DNA of 64,000 bases. Source: Blepharisma stoltei ATCC 30299. Lineage: Eukaryota > Protista > Ciliophora. The notes beneath the pieces were generated by a model. That model did not search any database. It saw only the letters and a list, made by a program, of their open reading frames with translations, and was not told the origin of the DNA. Every line of letters begins with the position of its first letter. The stretch's first letter is position 1. This document shows, piece by piece, positions 12,350-23,696 of the stretch. The position numbers and the translations under genes were made by a program. The stretch covers positions 186,001 through 250,000 of the forward strand of contig CBFDEM010000060.1 in NCBI GenBank assembly GCA_965603825.1. The letters are read 5' to 3'.

Positions 12350-12737
12350 TTATTCATTCTTGTTTGCGATATATCATTATTATGTGTTGCCATTATAGAG
12401 CTTAGCATTTCCCTTGAAATTAGTGTATGTTTTTTATAAAAAGAGATAAGGAATACCATCAAATCTTATTTTTCTGCTAAGAAATAAGCTAAACTTTAGA
12501 AGTATTCATCGCCTATGCATTCAACTTTTCGATTAATTACAATAGAGATTTTCGCTCTTTAAATTTAATTCATAAATAATCTGGCATATATTCCTCAAAT
12601 AAATTAGCTGTAAATATAAATTTGATTGATTTTACAAATAAATTCATTAACTTTTCTTCAGGATTATTTAACAAAACTATTTAATTATTCTTATTAATTC
12701 TGGATTTTTTTATTAAATCGATGAACTTATACTATAA

Positions 12738-12974
12738 ATGTCAAATTCAACAGGTTTGATTACTGGTTCTGTCATCTATTTTGCTCTTGTTTTTATTATT
12801 GGCGTCCCTCTCAGCCTTTACGTTAAAAAACACACCAAAGACCGCAGCCAAGCAAAAGAAAATTTCAGTTTGACATGGTCATTAGTAGTAATAGGAGTCA
12901 TTATGATGTGGCTGCTTTGGTTTTGTGCTTATCTTCATCAGATGAACCCTCTAGTAACTCCGAAGCTAGATTAA
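12738..12974 (+). CDS. ATP6V0E: V-type H+-ATPase subunit e
   Basis: Two TM helices and MWLLWFCAYLHQMNPLVTP signature. Confidence 0.9.
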   Translation: MSNSTGLITGSVIYFALVFIIGVPLSLYVKKHTKDRSQAKENFSLTWSLVVIGVIMMWLLWFCAYLHQMNPLVTPKLD

Positions 12975-13011
12975 CTAATTAGCCTTATGATCTTCATAGA
13001 ATAAGATATAA

Positions 13012-14064
13012 ATGGAAGAGTCAAAAGACCGTAAAGGTGTAAAGCATGGTGGCGATGTGAACCTCAATTGCCGCTTCTACAGAAACCAATTTCCTAAAAT
13101 CGATGACATTGTAGTAGTTGAAGTCCAACGTGTAGAAAACGAAGGCGCTTATGTCTCTTTATTAGAGTACAATAATATTGAAGGGATGATTCCTTTAGGT
13201 GAGCTTTCACGCAAGAGAATCAGATCGGTGACAAAACTTACCCGAATCGGCAAAACAGAGTATGTCACAGTCATAAGAGTAGATGAAGCTAAGGGTTATC
13301 TTGATCTATCTAAGAAACGAGTGGCTCCTGAAGAAATTCAAGAATGCGAAAACAAATTTAATAAGTCGAAGACTGTAAATAGCATACTACGACATGTTGC
13401 ACAAACCACAAAAACAGATATAGAGATTTTATACGAAACTATCGGATGGCCCCTTTATGATAAATATGAGCATGCATATGACGCTTTTAGGATGGCTGTT
13501 AGTGACTCTAATTCAGTGCTTGAAGGCTTAGAAATGACTCAGGAAGTCAAAAATTCTTTGCTGTCAGTCATAAGATCAAGACTATCTCCACATCCTATTA
13601 ATATTAGAGCAGATTTTGGAGTAACCTGCTTTGAATATGATGGGATTGATGCTATAAAAGAAGCTCTTTCAGCTGGCGCTGCTATGGCATCTGACAGAAT
13701 TCAAGTAAAAATCAGACTTATAGCAGCCCCTGTCTTTGTTCTAGTAGTTACTACAATTGATAGGAATCAAGGGATGATTTTAGCAAATAGTGTGCTTAGG
13801 AAAATCATGGAAGAAATCAAATCAAGAGGCGGAAATTTTGTAATGAAAGAAGAGCCCCATTGTTTAAATGATCAAGGCGACTTAGACATAGAAGAATATA
13901 TACAGAAGCAGAATAATGCTAAACATATTGAAGAAGGAGAGGAAGAAAATGATGAAGGTATGGATGTTGATATTGGGGTTGACATAAATGCAATTGATGC
14001 TAAGCAGGAATTGGAAGAAGATGTGGACGAAGGAGAAGCTGAAGAAGAAAAAGGGGAAGCTTAA
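13012..14064 (+). CDS. EIF2S1: Translation initiation factor eIF2 alpha
   Basis: CRFY..FP, GAYVSLLEYNNIEGMI, ELSRKRIRS (regulatory Ser retained), KGYLDLSKKRV. Confidence 0.95.
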   Translation: MEESKDRKGVKHGGDVNLNCRFYRNQFPKIDDIVVVEVQRVENEGAYVSLLEYNNIEGMIPLGELSRKRIRSVTKLTRIGKTEYVTVIRVDEAKGYLDLSKKRVAPEEIQECENKFNKSKTVNSILRHVAQTTKTDIEILYETIGWPLYDKYEHAYDAFRMAVSDSNSVLEGLEMTQEVKNSLLSVIRSRLSPHPINIRADFGVTCFEYDGIDAIKEALSAGAAMASDRIQVKIRLIAAPVFVLVVTTIDRNQGMILANSVLRKIMEEIKSRGGNFVMKEEPHCLNDQGDLDIEEYIQKQNNAKHIEEGEEENDEGMDVDIGVDINAIDAKQELEEDVDEGEAEEEKGEA

Positions 14065-14928
14065 GTTAAAAATAACAATGATAAATATAAAGGAACAAAA
14101 AAGAAATGAGAAAATAAGAAGAAAATTTTATAATTCTCTCAATTTATAAAGAAGCGTGCATCATAATTGATTGTATGCCATCTTTATCATTTTAATAAAT
14201 CTTGCAGTTATTATACTATTCGTGCACTTATCAATTTTGCAAAAAGTTAATAATCCTTTCAAAGTAGGTTTCTTAAGAAATAAAACTCATTAAAAGCTAT
14301 TTTGACTAACTAAATCATTGTGCTGACTTCTATACCATCTATTGAAGATAAAAATGGCTTATTGCAACATCATTATTTAAACCTATTCTGATCTATTATA
14401 AGTAATTTTATAAAATAAACTTGCTTTTCATTATTTTTCTTTTAAATTTGCCTAGTTATGCGGCTAAAAGGCCTCATCCTCAATAGGATAAAGTTTTCTC
14501 TTGCTATAGCTAAGTTAATTAAGCATTTCACAATACAGCAAATTATTTTTTAATCAGAATATTTTCCAATGAATTTGATAATTAAAAAACTCATATGAAT
14601 TATAAAGAAGTATCAAATCAATCCGCTGATATTTTTTAATTTTGTTTGCTGTAACCACTGTTGATATTTTATCTTCCTTATTTTCGCCTACTCTTCGCTT
14701 TTCCTTTGGGAAAAGTTTTCATATTTAGGCTATATATGGATTCTTATTACTTCGTTTTATCAAGAGATGCTATTATATAAATAAATTGACCGTATAGTTT
14801 TAACAAGCATCGACTGCTCTGTTCCTAGATAATGCTTCCTGATGACACCTTTTTCACATCGAGGATAAATATGGCAGAATTTGTGATGATCCATTAATTA
14901 TGGAATTTTATTGGATAATTGTAAAAAT

Positions 14929-15402
14929 ATGAAAAAATATGAGAACTCGATAGAGGCGATTTCTGATCTGCCTCAGTGTATATTCACAAACATGCCATCT
15001 CTACTTAGGCCAATAAGTGAGGATGGAAAATGACCTTTATGCCTTGAACTTCCTAATATTTTTCTATTTGAGCCTATTATTATTTCATCAGAAAGTACAG
15101 AGAATCCTCAAGAACCAGAAGACCCATCTCTATTCCATCAGCCAAGGGAATCAAGATGCAAAAGTATTACAGCTTGCTCTCATACTGACAAAAAGCATTA
15201 TGCGAAAAATATGTGCAATAATTGCTATCACCGATTTGGGAGAAATAAATTAGCTTGGGCTTGCTCTCACCCAGAAAGGCAGCATTATGCAAAAGGAAAG
15301 TGTCAGCTGTGCTATTTGCAGGATTATCACAGATCAAAAGTATTCGGTAAGAGAAGAAAAATACGGTCCTTAAAGGATACAGAGGATAATAATAGTAATT
15401 AA
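14929..15402 (+). CDS. Protein with two CxH..HYAK..CxxCY Cys/His repeats
   Basis: ATG 14929, one in-frame TGA at 15031; CSHTDKKHYAKNMCNNCY and CSHPERQHYAKGKCQLCY. Confidence 0.7.
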
Positions 15403-16238
15403 GTTTAAATCAATGATAATCAGCAATAATATGAGCTGCGATTTTACATTTTATGAAAATATATGTAGTATTATTATGATTTTTTATATCTTTCAATATT
15501 CAGAATCATTTAATTTTTATTAATAAAAATAATGGAGAAAATTTGACATGTCATTTTTGTTGTTAAATTATACCTGATGCTAATAAAATCAGCCAGTTGG
15601 CTGACTAAGCATGATTTGATGTTTATCATCGAAGTTATCCAAAATATTAGATGTGTGTTCAAAATCTAAAATTTTATATTGAATAATAAATAGTAAAAAA
15701 TAATAAAACGAAAAATTCAACAAATGTCTTCTTAATATTATAGAGCATAATTATAATCTTTAAAAAGTCGATTTAACTCTTATCAGATTAAAATCTCAAC
15801 AATAATGTTTAATTTCGACTATAATTCAGATTTACTATAAATAGCTATTAGATATGCAACAGTCTTAGCAGATACGAAGGTATTCTAATGTCTAATAAAT
15901 CTTCTTATTTTCTCTTATAGCTTTTTAGACTATTTTTGTGTGCATAGTATCATAATTTTTCTTGTAAAACTACTATGAGCATACCTTTAATTTTGAAATA
16001 ATTGGCTATCACATCAAAAATAATTATATTTTAAAATAATCTTAAATTAGTGTGAGAAAAATGTAATATAATCATATAAATAAAGTGTATAATAAAAAAT
16101 AATTAATATTGAATAATAAAATAATGAAAAATAAATATTTCATTAGTAAAAATTTAGATCCATTTATAAATGCTTTAGAGATGCTAAACAATTCCGAGAA
16201 CTGAAATGCACGGGTAATAAATAAAATTAATTTTTAAA

Positions 16239-17072
16239 CTATAAATCTCTTTTACTATTTGTTGACCTACCTTCTAATGATTTATTTCGACGAGTTTGCT
16301 TGCGAGTATTTTTTCATATAGGTGTAAACTCTATTTGCGATTTATTTAAGCCATTTTGGGTCTTTTTACCTCCCTTTTCATTTCCGACCTTTTTGTTGCT
16401 TTCCAATTTTTTTTCCACTTTACTTCTGTCCTTGGCCTTATTTTTATTTTCATTGAGAACATTCTTTACATAAGTCCTAAAATGAACTCCACAGTAATTT
16501 TCCACAACTTCACCATCATCTGTTTTGAGCTTTTTGGCTCTATTTTTGCATCCCTCTTGAGCACAAAAAGGCCTTAGTTGTCCCTGATTAATAGGATCAC
16601 AGTATCTTTCTGCTAGTTCTCTATCAAATGTTAATTTCATATCTTCTTCTGTAAACTTGCTTGGCCAAATATACCCATATTCCAGCATAAATGGCTGAAT
16701 TTCATCACGGAACTTTTCTTCATAAAATCATGGCGCTTTTCTTATCAGTGAGCACTTGTGACTTTGATGAAATATTTCCCACCCCCACCATCAAGGATAA
16801 ATAACTTCATTTTCATTTATTTCATAATAAGTCATGTTATTGTTTTTGCCTCTCCCAACCCACTCTGATATGCATTCATTATAATAAAGCTTAAGACATA
16901 ATTCAAAACCTTTTCACATTAGTGTAGCTGGGTGCTTTCTTCATCCTTTTTTAGTCCCATTTATTGCATTCAAAATATTGAATGCCTCAACCCTTTGTTT
17001 CCCAAGCCTTTGATCATCCAAAGCTTTTACACTTTTTTTGATGTTTGGGTATGGCAAAAAAGTAACAACCAT
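16239..17072 (-). CDS. Pyrimidine-dimer DNA glycosylase / T4 endonuclease V-like (MSMEG_6728-type) protein, 277 aa
   Basis: MVVTFLPYP..LDDQRLGKQRVEAFNIL..GWRKHPATLMWKG..EWVGRG..PWWWG..HQSHKCSLIRKAP.FY..YIWP; five in-frame TGA; TAG at 16239-16241. Confidence 0.8.
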
Positions 17073-17178
17073 TTATTACGAAATTCAATTATTTCTTTTT
17101 AAAAAATTCCTGTTTATTTGCATATAAATTTCTATCAGCTATTATTTTATCTATGGCTAATTTTGATATAATTTAGAC

Positions 17179-17463
17179 ATGTCAAAAGGAAAAGGTTTCT
17201 GCTATTACTATTGTCTACTCATATCAATCTTCGGATGTCTCTTTTTGGTGAGTGTTATTTAGACTTACATAGCTTTACTCTGCGCTTTTGACGTGAAAGA
17301 GCTTGATGTGGAAGATAAAACAGAATATACAGGAACAGTATTTATTTCAGCTGGTGTTTATGAAGTTATCGTGGCTATATTGGTAATTTATGGATTTATC
17401 ACTTCTAGGCGTGCAGGAAATGTCTCAGGAAATGGGTATCAGCGTATAGAAGATGAAAAGTAA
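17179..17463 (+). CDS. RNase kappa / V-ATPase subunit f-like two-TM protein (89 aa), missed by ORF track
   Basis: MSKGKGFCYYYCLLISIFGCLFL|TYIALLC..VFISAGVY..; 15-nt intron at 17248-17262. Confidence 0.7.
17248..17262 (+). other. 15-nt intron
   Basis: GTGAGTGTTATTTAG. Confidence 0.8.
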
Positions 17464-18058
17464 GTTTAATGATGAGACTTGCATAAGATAAGTAAACTGC
17501 TGAGATGTCTTGTCTTTGAAAGTGAGTTAAAAATCGATTTCTTTAAAATTTTTTCGGGATTTTGTTTAGAATAAGAGATTGATTGCCTTATCCAATTTTT
17601 CATAATAATTGTTGTGCCTTTTATGAAGAATTTCTTTTGCCTTTATTTTAGTTTAAAATTTTATCAAATTTCTAGAACTCATAAAAATATGATCAATTGC
17701 AAAAAGAGATTTTTGCATATCGCATTTATTAAAAAGTATAAGAATTGGTCATAAGAAATTTTATAAAAAATTCGTAATTTAATACCAAAATTATAATTTC
17801 TAGACTTCTAAATTATTTACTTCAATTTAAAATTATAAAATCTACATACTTTTTGAAAATAAAAAAAACTGATCTGAAAGTTGGTCAACTACGATTGGTA
17901 TAATAATGGTTGCAATAGACTCAATTTTATATTTAACTGCACTAAAATAAATGAAGCAACTTGATTGTTGAGAAAATTTAAAATTATAGCCTTATTAATT
18001 CAGAGATCCATAGAAATTAAAAGGCTATTAAAATTCATTATAATAATCCAATTACTAA

Positions 18059-19105
18059 ATGGGAGGATCTCCTTCTAAAGAAGGATCCCGAGATAGCCTT
18101 GAAGCTCTTGGGATATTCAAAGAAAAAGCTACTGTCGATGATTTTGAAATCCTCAAATACATCGGCAAAGGTAAATTTGGAAAAGTTTATCAAGTAAGAC
18201 ACATAGCTAATGAAAAAATATATGCTATGAAGACCTTAAAAAAATCATACATACAAAAGAATCACCAAATCAGAAACACAAAAAATGAAAGGAATATTCT
18301 GGCAAAATCTTCACATCGTTTTATTGTGAAGTTGCATTATGCATTTAAAACTGACAAAAAACTATATTTGGTGATGGATTATGTCAGTGGTGGGGAACTT
18401 TATACTCACTTAAGGTCACGTGGACCCTTTTTAGAGAGCTGGATAAGGTTTTATGCAGCTGAAATACTCTGTGCTTTAACCTATCTCCATGCAAAAGGTG
18501 TTGTGTATAGAGACTTAAAGCCAGAAAATATATTAGTGCAAAATAACGGACACATAAAATTATCAGATTTTGGACTTTCCATCGCCAACATGGCAGAGTC
18601 AAGCTGTGAAACAGTTTGTGGGACGCCTGCTTATCTGTCCCCAGAGATGCTTAGAGGTGAAACCTATGGTGTCTCAGTAGACATTTGGGCATTAGGAATT
18701 CTCCTCTATGAGCTCGCCTCAGGAACAACCCCATTTTATCACAAAAATCGAATTGCTATGTCGAAAAAGATAATAAATTCAGAAATTGTCTTCCCGTCAG
18801 AGTTTTCTTATGAGTTTAAGTCTTTATTAGAAGGCTTACTTGCAAAAAACGTCAATGAAAGATTTACAATTAACGATGCAAAAAGACACAACTTTTTTGA
18901 AAGTGTTGATTGGGGAAAAGCTGATCAAGGATTATTAAATCCTCCATTTGTCCCTATAACTTCTGGAGAAGAAGACACAAGCAATTTCAGAGAGCTTGAG
19001 ATTGAGCATAGTCCACTCTCACCTCAGGAATTAATGGAAGAGCCTTATGAGCGTGAATCATATTCTGGGTTTTCTTTTGGCGAAGATGGCCAGAATATGA
19101 TATAA
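18059..19105 (+). CDS. AGC-family Ser/Thr kinase (S6K/SGK/PKB-like)
   Basis: MGGS myristoylation-like start, GKGKFGKV, YRDLKPEN, DFG, CGTPAYLSPE, PPFVP, C-terminal YSGFSF hydrophobic motif. Confidence 0.92.
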   Translation: MGGSPSKEGSRDSLEALGIFKEKATVDDFEILKYIGKGKFGKVYQVRHIANEKIYAMKTLKKSYIQKNHQIRNTKNERNILAKSSHRFIVKLHYAFKTDKKLYLVMDYVSGGELYTHLRSRGPFLESWIRFYAAEILCALTYLHAKGVVYRDLKPENILVQNNGHIKLSDFGLSIANMAESSCETVCGTPAYLSPEMLRGETYGVSVDIWALGILLYELASGTTPFYHKNRIAMSKKIINSEIVFPSEFSYEFKSLLEGLLAKNVNERFTINDAKRHNFFESVDWGKADQGLLNPPFVPITSGEEDTSNFRELEIEHSPLSPQELMEEPYERESYSGFSFGEDGQNMI

Positions 19106-19148
19106 CTAATTCAGAAGAATTTAATTAAATGTTTTATAGCTAAAACTG

Positions 19149-19655
19149 TTATTTAATTCCCAATAATTCTTTAGATTTTTTAAAAGCTTCTTTTAATTGT
19201 GCTTTTTCTTCCACTTTAAATTGAGTTAAAACATAATCAGACACTTCTGATATATCTCCAGGTCTTCCTATTCCAATTTTAAGCCTATCAAACTTATTCG
19301 TTTGTAGTGCTGAAATTACAGATATAACTCCATTATGTCCATTTGCACTTCCTCCATTCTTAATCTTAGCTTTACCAATAGGGGTATCCAGGTCATCATG
19401 CAAAATTATCAATTCTTCAAATTGTGTGTTAAAGCTTTTAATTGCTTTTTTTATTATCCCACCACAGATATTCATATAGCTATGAGGCTTAAAAAGTAAA
19501 ATCCCATTGTAATTGGAGATGTAGCCTTCTAGCTTTTTATCGTATTCAAAGCGAGTGCCGAGTGAATCTAAAAATTGCTGTCCTACATTGTGTTTTGTGA
19601 GCTTATAAGCGGGAGGATTTCCTAATCCAATAAGTAATTTATATTTATAACTCAT
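19149..19655 (-). CDS. PTH1: Peptidyl-tRNA hydrolase (Pth1 type)
   Basis: IGLGNP, TKHNVG, KP.SYMN, HDDLD, GGSANGHNG, RLKIGIGRP. Confidence 0.92.
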   Translation of the reverse strand: MSYKYKLLIGLGNPPAYKLTKHNVGQQFLDSLGTRFEYDKKLEGYISNYNGILLFKPHSYMNICGGIIKKAIKSFNTQFEELIILHDDLDTPIGKAKIKNGGSANGHNGVISVISALQTNKFDRLKIGIGRPGDISEVSDYVLTQFKVEEKAQLKEAFKKSKELLGIK

Positions 19656-20293
19656 TGGATTTATAAACCAAATAATTTAATGATAGTTTTGAAATTGCTT
19701 AAAACTAAATTCTAACCATAAATCTTCTCCTCTTGTGTTGAAAATGCTTATAGCATATTATTTGTATTTAAGTAACGTAATATGATCCTCCAGATTTTTA
19801 AGACTTTCATATTTAGATTCTCACTACTTGTGTTGATTTAAATTTGTGATAATCGGATACAAAAATGGGATGCGGATAACTAAATTATCCAAGCTTAAGA
19901 ACTCGTTTTAGGTCACTTGCTTACCTCTATAAATATGAGCCTGTGGCTAATAATGCAAAGCTTCTTCTCTAAGTTGATTCGTAAAATAAGCCAGCCTTCG
20001 CATTTGCTTATGACGTTTTATCGCCACTCTACTAGTCTTAGCCAAATCCATCCTCGCCCAATGGATCTTAACAAATTTTAATATAAATTTATGTCAATTT
20101 CTAATAGATTTGCAAAATTCCCTAACAAATTTCAAAATTTATGGCAAAAATTGCTACATCCCTAAAAAGGGTGGATAACCCGTAGAAACTAAAGAAGTTT
20201 CACCATCAAAATAACTTAAGGAACCTCTAGCTTATGTAAATCAGCCTCAATTTAAGTTGCCATTTACGTGGTGATAATTAATATTGGCCCAAA

Positions 20294-23035
20294 ATGAGTG
20301 AGTACAAAGAACTTAAGGACGATAAAGAGGAGGAGAAGAAGAATAATCCTAACAGGCTTACCGCTCAACAACTGGCCGATATAAACACCGGCGAAGAAGG
20401 CTTAAACAGAAATGAATGGAAAATAAGGTTTGACAGAGACGGCCCAAATGAGCTTCCAGAGAAAAAGGTCAACCCAATTCTTAAGTTTTTATCATATTAC
20501 TGGGGTCCTATGCCAGTTATGATTTGGTGCGCCATCATCATAGAGACGATTCGTCTCTCACTGATTGATGCAGTCGTGCTTTTAATTTTGCAGTTCTTCA
20601 ATGGCTTTGTAGGTTGGTATGAAGAGAAAAATGCTGGAAACGCAATTGAAGCCTTGAAGAAAAACCTGGCGCCCAGGGCGAAGGTGAAAAGAGAAGGGAA
20701 ATGGGAGACTATTGCTGCTAGAGAACTTGTACAAGGGGATAGGATTAACATCAAGCTTGGAGACATTATCCCAGCTGATTCCATTTTAGGGCCTGGATAT
20801 GCAGAAATTGACCAGTCCGCACTGACTGGGGAAAGTTTGGCAGTCACTAGATATGAAGGAGAAACAGTCTACCAAGGTTCAGTCTGCAAAAGAGGGGACT
20901 TAGAAGCCATCGTCATTGCAACAGGTCCAAGGACTTTCTTTGGCAAAACCTCAACTTTGGTCGGACAAGTCAACCAGAAAGGAAACTTCCAAAGAGTCAT
21001 ATTGAAAGTCACAGGGATTCTTATGATCGTCTCATTCGTCTTAGTCGCTATTATCATGATTGTGGTGCTTACTAAAGGAAATGATTTCTTAGTGACCCTC
21101 TCCATTTGTGTCGTCATCTTGGTCGCTTCGATTCCGATCGCCACACAAGTCGTCTGCACTGCTACTATGGCTGTAGGTGCCCACGCATTGGCTCAGAGGC
21201 AGGCTATTGTGTGCAAGCTAAGCTCTATTGAAGAGTTGGCCGGCATGCAAATTCTTTGCAGTGATAAGACTGGAACTCTGACCAAAAACGAGCTGACAGT
21301 CCAACAGCCAATGATGCTTAAGAACTATACAATTGAAGACATCTTCCTTGCAGCTGGACTTGCATGCAAAAGAGAAGTCGGGTCCCAAGACGCCATTGAT
21401 AAATGTGTCAGTGAATACGCAATCCAAAAATGCAGAATCAGCTTCCAAGGCTACGAAGAAGAAGACTTCATCCCATTCGACCCTAAGAACAAAAGGACTG
21501 AAGCTACAGTTAGAAACACAAAAACTGGAGAAACTTTCAAATGTGCCAAAGGAGCTCCACAAGTTATTTTGGCTATGAGCAAAGACCCAAGCATTGAAGA
21601 AGAAGTCACTAGGTTTGTAGAAGAGCTTGCTCAGCGTGGATATAGAACACTTGGAGTATCAAGGACCAATGCCCAAGGAGCTTGGATCATGCTTGGACTA
21701 ATTCCTCTTTATGATCCTCCTAGAGACGATACCAAAGAAACCATCCACAAAGCTATACAAATGGAAGTCAAGGTAAAAATGATCACTGGCGACCAAATTG
21801 CCATTGCAAAAGAAACTGCAAAACTCCTTAACCTTGGAGACAAAATCTATAACTCAGATCTTCTCAGTGAAGACTCTTCAGCTGTACAACGTGAACTATT
21901 GGACACTTTGGTTGAGGAAGCTGACGGCTTTGCTGAAGTTTTCCCTGAACACAAGTTCGGTATTGTCAAGATTTTACAAGACAAAGGCCACAGAGTTGGT
22001 ATGACAGGAGATGGTGTCAATGATGCCCCAGCCCTTAAAAAGGCTGATGTGGGTATTGCTGTTGATGGAGCTACTGATGCTGCAAGAGCTGCTGCCGATA
22101 TTGTCCTTACAAGCCCAGGTCTTTCTGTCATTATTGAAGCTATTTATAGAGCTCGTAAAATCTTCCAAAGAATGAACAATTACTGCATTTACAGAGTTGC
22201 CTGTACAGTTCAATTGCTGCTTTTCTTCTTTATCACAATGTGCTCAGTGAACCCTGACAGCGATTTTACTTGCCACTATCATGATGATAAGGACGCTTGC
22301 AAGCACATTCCTAACACCTTTACACTCCCAGTCATTGCCATCGTGCTGATTACAGTCCTCAATGACGGTACCATCGTATCCATTGCATATGACAGAGTAA
22401 CTGTCTCAAAGAAGCCAGAACGATGGAATTTAAGCTTAATGTTCTTTAACGCTATCACCTGCGGAGGAATTGCTTTGGTGTCTTCAATTATTTTGTTATT
22501 GACAAGCTTAGATAACTTGGATACCAGAGACGCCGATCCATTTTATAATGCTTTCAATATCGGAGTCTTCAAGTATGGAGAAGTGCTGACTGCAATTTAC
22601 ATGAAGGTTGCACTGTCTGATTTCTTGACCTTGTTCGCAGCAAGAACTAACAGCTGGTTCTGGACAAGAAAGCCAGGAAATATTTTATTGTTTGCCTTTG
22701 TGTTTGCAACATTATGTGCTACTTTCTTTTCAACTTATTGGTTCTTGAACTTCAGCAACGGAGATTCTGGAAATATTCCTGACATGAAGCCAATTTCTTG
22801 GAAGCTTGCTGGATTTATTTGGGGATTCGATATTATTTTCTTCATTCTTCAAGATATAGTTAAGGTGTATCAGTTGAAGTTCTTTGATTATTACTATAGC
22901 CTCCAAGGAAAAGATACTGGATACTCTGGAGCTGTGCTGACTGATACATTCTTAGTCTTCACTGGAGTAACCGATGGTAGAGAAAATAAAAGATCAATTG
23001 TTACTAGAAGATCAATGGCAGCAGCCGGAGTTTAA
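20294..23035 (+). CDS. PMA1: Plasma-membrane P3A-type H+-ATPase
   Basis: TGES, CSDKTGTLT, KGAPQ, DPPR, TGDGVNDAPALKKAD, LNDGT. Confidence 0.95.
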   Translation: MSEYKELKDDKEEEKKNNPNRLTAQQLADINTGEEGLNRNEWKIRFDRDGPNELPEKKVNPILKFLSYYWGPMPVMIWCAIIIETIRLSLIDAVVLLILQFFNGFVGWYEEKNAGNAIEALKKNLAPRAKVKREGKWETIAARELVQGDRINIKLGDIIPADSILGPGYAEIDQSALTGESLAVTRYEGETVYQGSVCKRGDLEAIVIATGPRTFFGKTSTLVGQVNQKGNFQRVILKVTGILMIVSFVLVAIIMIVVLTKGNDFLVTLSICVVILVASIPIATQVVCTATMAVGAHALAQRQAIVCKLSSIEELAGMQILCSDKTGTLTKNELTVQQPMMLKNYTIEDIFLAAGLACKREVGSQDAIDKCVSEYAIQKCRISFQGYEEEDFIPFDPKNKRTEATVRNTKTGETFKCAKGAPQVILAMSKDPSIEEEVTRFVEELAQRGYRTLGVSRTNAQGAWIMLGLIPLYDPPRDDTKETIHKAIQMEVKVKMITGDQIAIAKETAKLLNLGDKIYNSDLLSEDSSAVQRELLDTLVEEADGFAEVFPEHKFGIVKILQDKGHRVGMTGDGVNDAPALKKADVGIAVDGATDAARAAADIVLTSPGLSVIIEAIYRARKIFQRMNNYCIYRVACTVQLLLFFFITMCSVNPDSDFTCHYHDDKDACKHIPNTFTLPVIAIVLITVLNDGTIVSIAYDRVTVSKKPERWNLSLMFFNAITCGGIALVSSIILLLTSLDNLDTRDADPFYNAFNIGVFKYGEVLTAIYMKVALSDFLTLFAARTNSWFWTRKPGNILLFAFVFATLCATFFSTYWFLNFSNGDSGNIPDMKPISWKLAGFIWGFDIIFFILQDIVKVYQLKFFDYYYSLQGKDTGYSGAVLTDTFLVFTGVTDGRENKRSIVTRRSMAAAGV

Positions 23036-23309
23036 AAAGATAATTACTTTTTTTATAAATTTCGATTTATAAACTTGTGTGAAAATAATCTAATAATTTT
23101 GCAAAAAGGATCCAAAATATCCATATTAAAATTTTTGCAAAATTCCATCTTCAAAGCTTCAAATATTATTTTGATAAATTATTTATTAAAGAAAACTTTA
23201 ATAATTTGATAAGATTTAATTTAAATTCAAGATTTTATGTTGGGGAGTGGGCAGGAATTTTGCTAAATTTGATATCACTTAGCCAAGTTCTATTGGCCTC
23301 TATCAAAAT

Positions 23310-23696
23310 ATGGACCAATTGTCGGACACAATTGAATTTAATAAAAATCTAGCGCTTTTGAGAAATCAGATGGCTGGATACAATGCCAGGCTAAACCAGT
23401 TGAGGACAGAGTCGAGACAGCCACTTTCAGCTTACAAGCCTAACCCAAACTGAACCAGCGAATACATAGGAATCCACGCCTCATATTCAATTGACTACTT
23501 TCCAAAGAAGCGAGGCAGGAAACCAAAAGATGTGGATTTGACAGAAACTGTGAATAATAATGGAGGAATTACATTCACCTGCAAAAGCTGCAAGCGTGTG
23601 CTTGAGATCAAAAAGAAATACGCTAAAGAGCAATGTCAGACTTGCTATAAAAAGAACAAGAAAATCGATCAAGATCAAAAATATGTATATTCTTAA
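23310..23696 (+). CDS. Small AT-hook-like + C4 zinc-finger protein, missed by ORF track
   Basis: Open with TGA=Trp; PKKRGRKP followed by CKSCKRVLEIKKKYAKEQCQTCY; true start may lie further upstream. Confidence 0.6.

Noticed and set aside
19149-19655. Bacterial-type Pth as recent horizontal transfer
   Set aside because: Pth1 homologues are normal, usually mitochondrial, components of eukaryotes.
20120-20127. CCCTAACA, a heterotrich telomere-like octamer
   Set aside because: Single copy; expected by chance in 64 kb.
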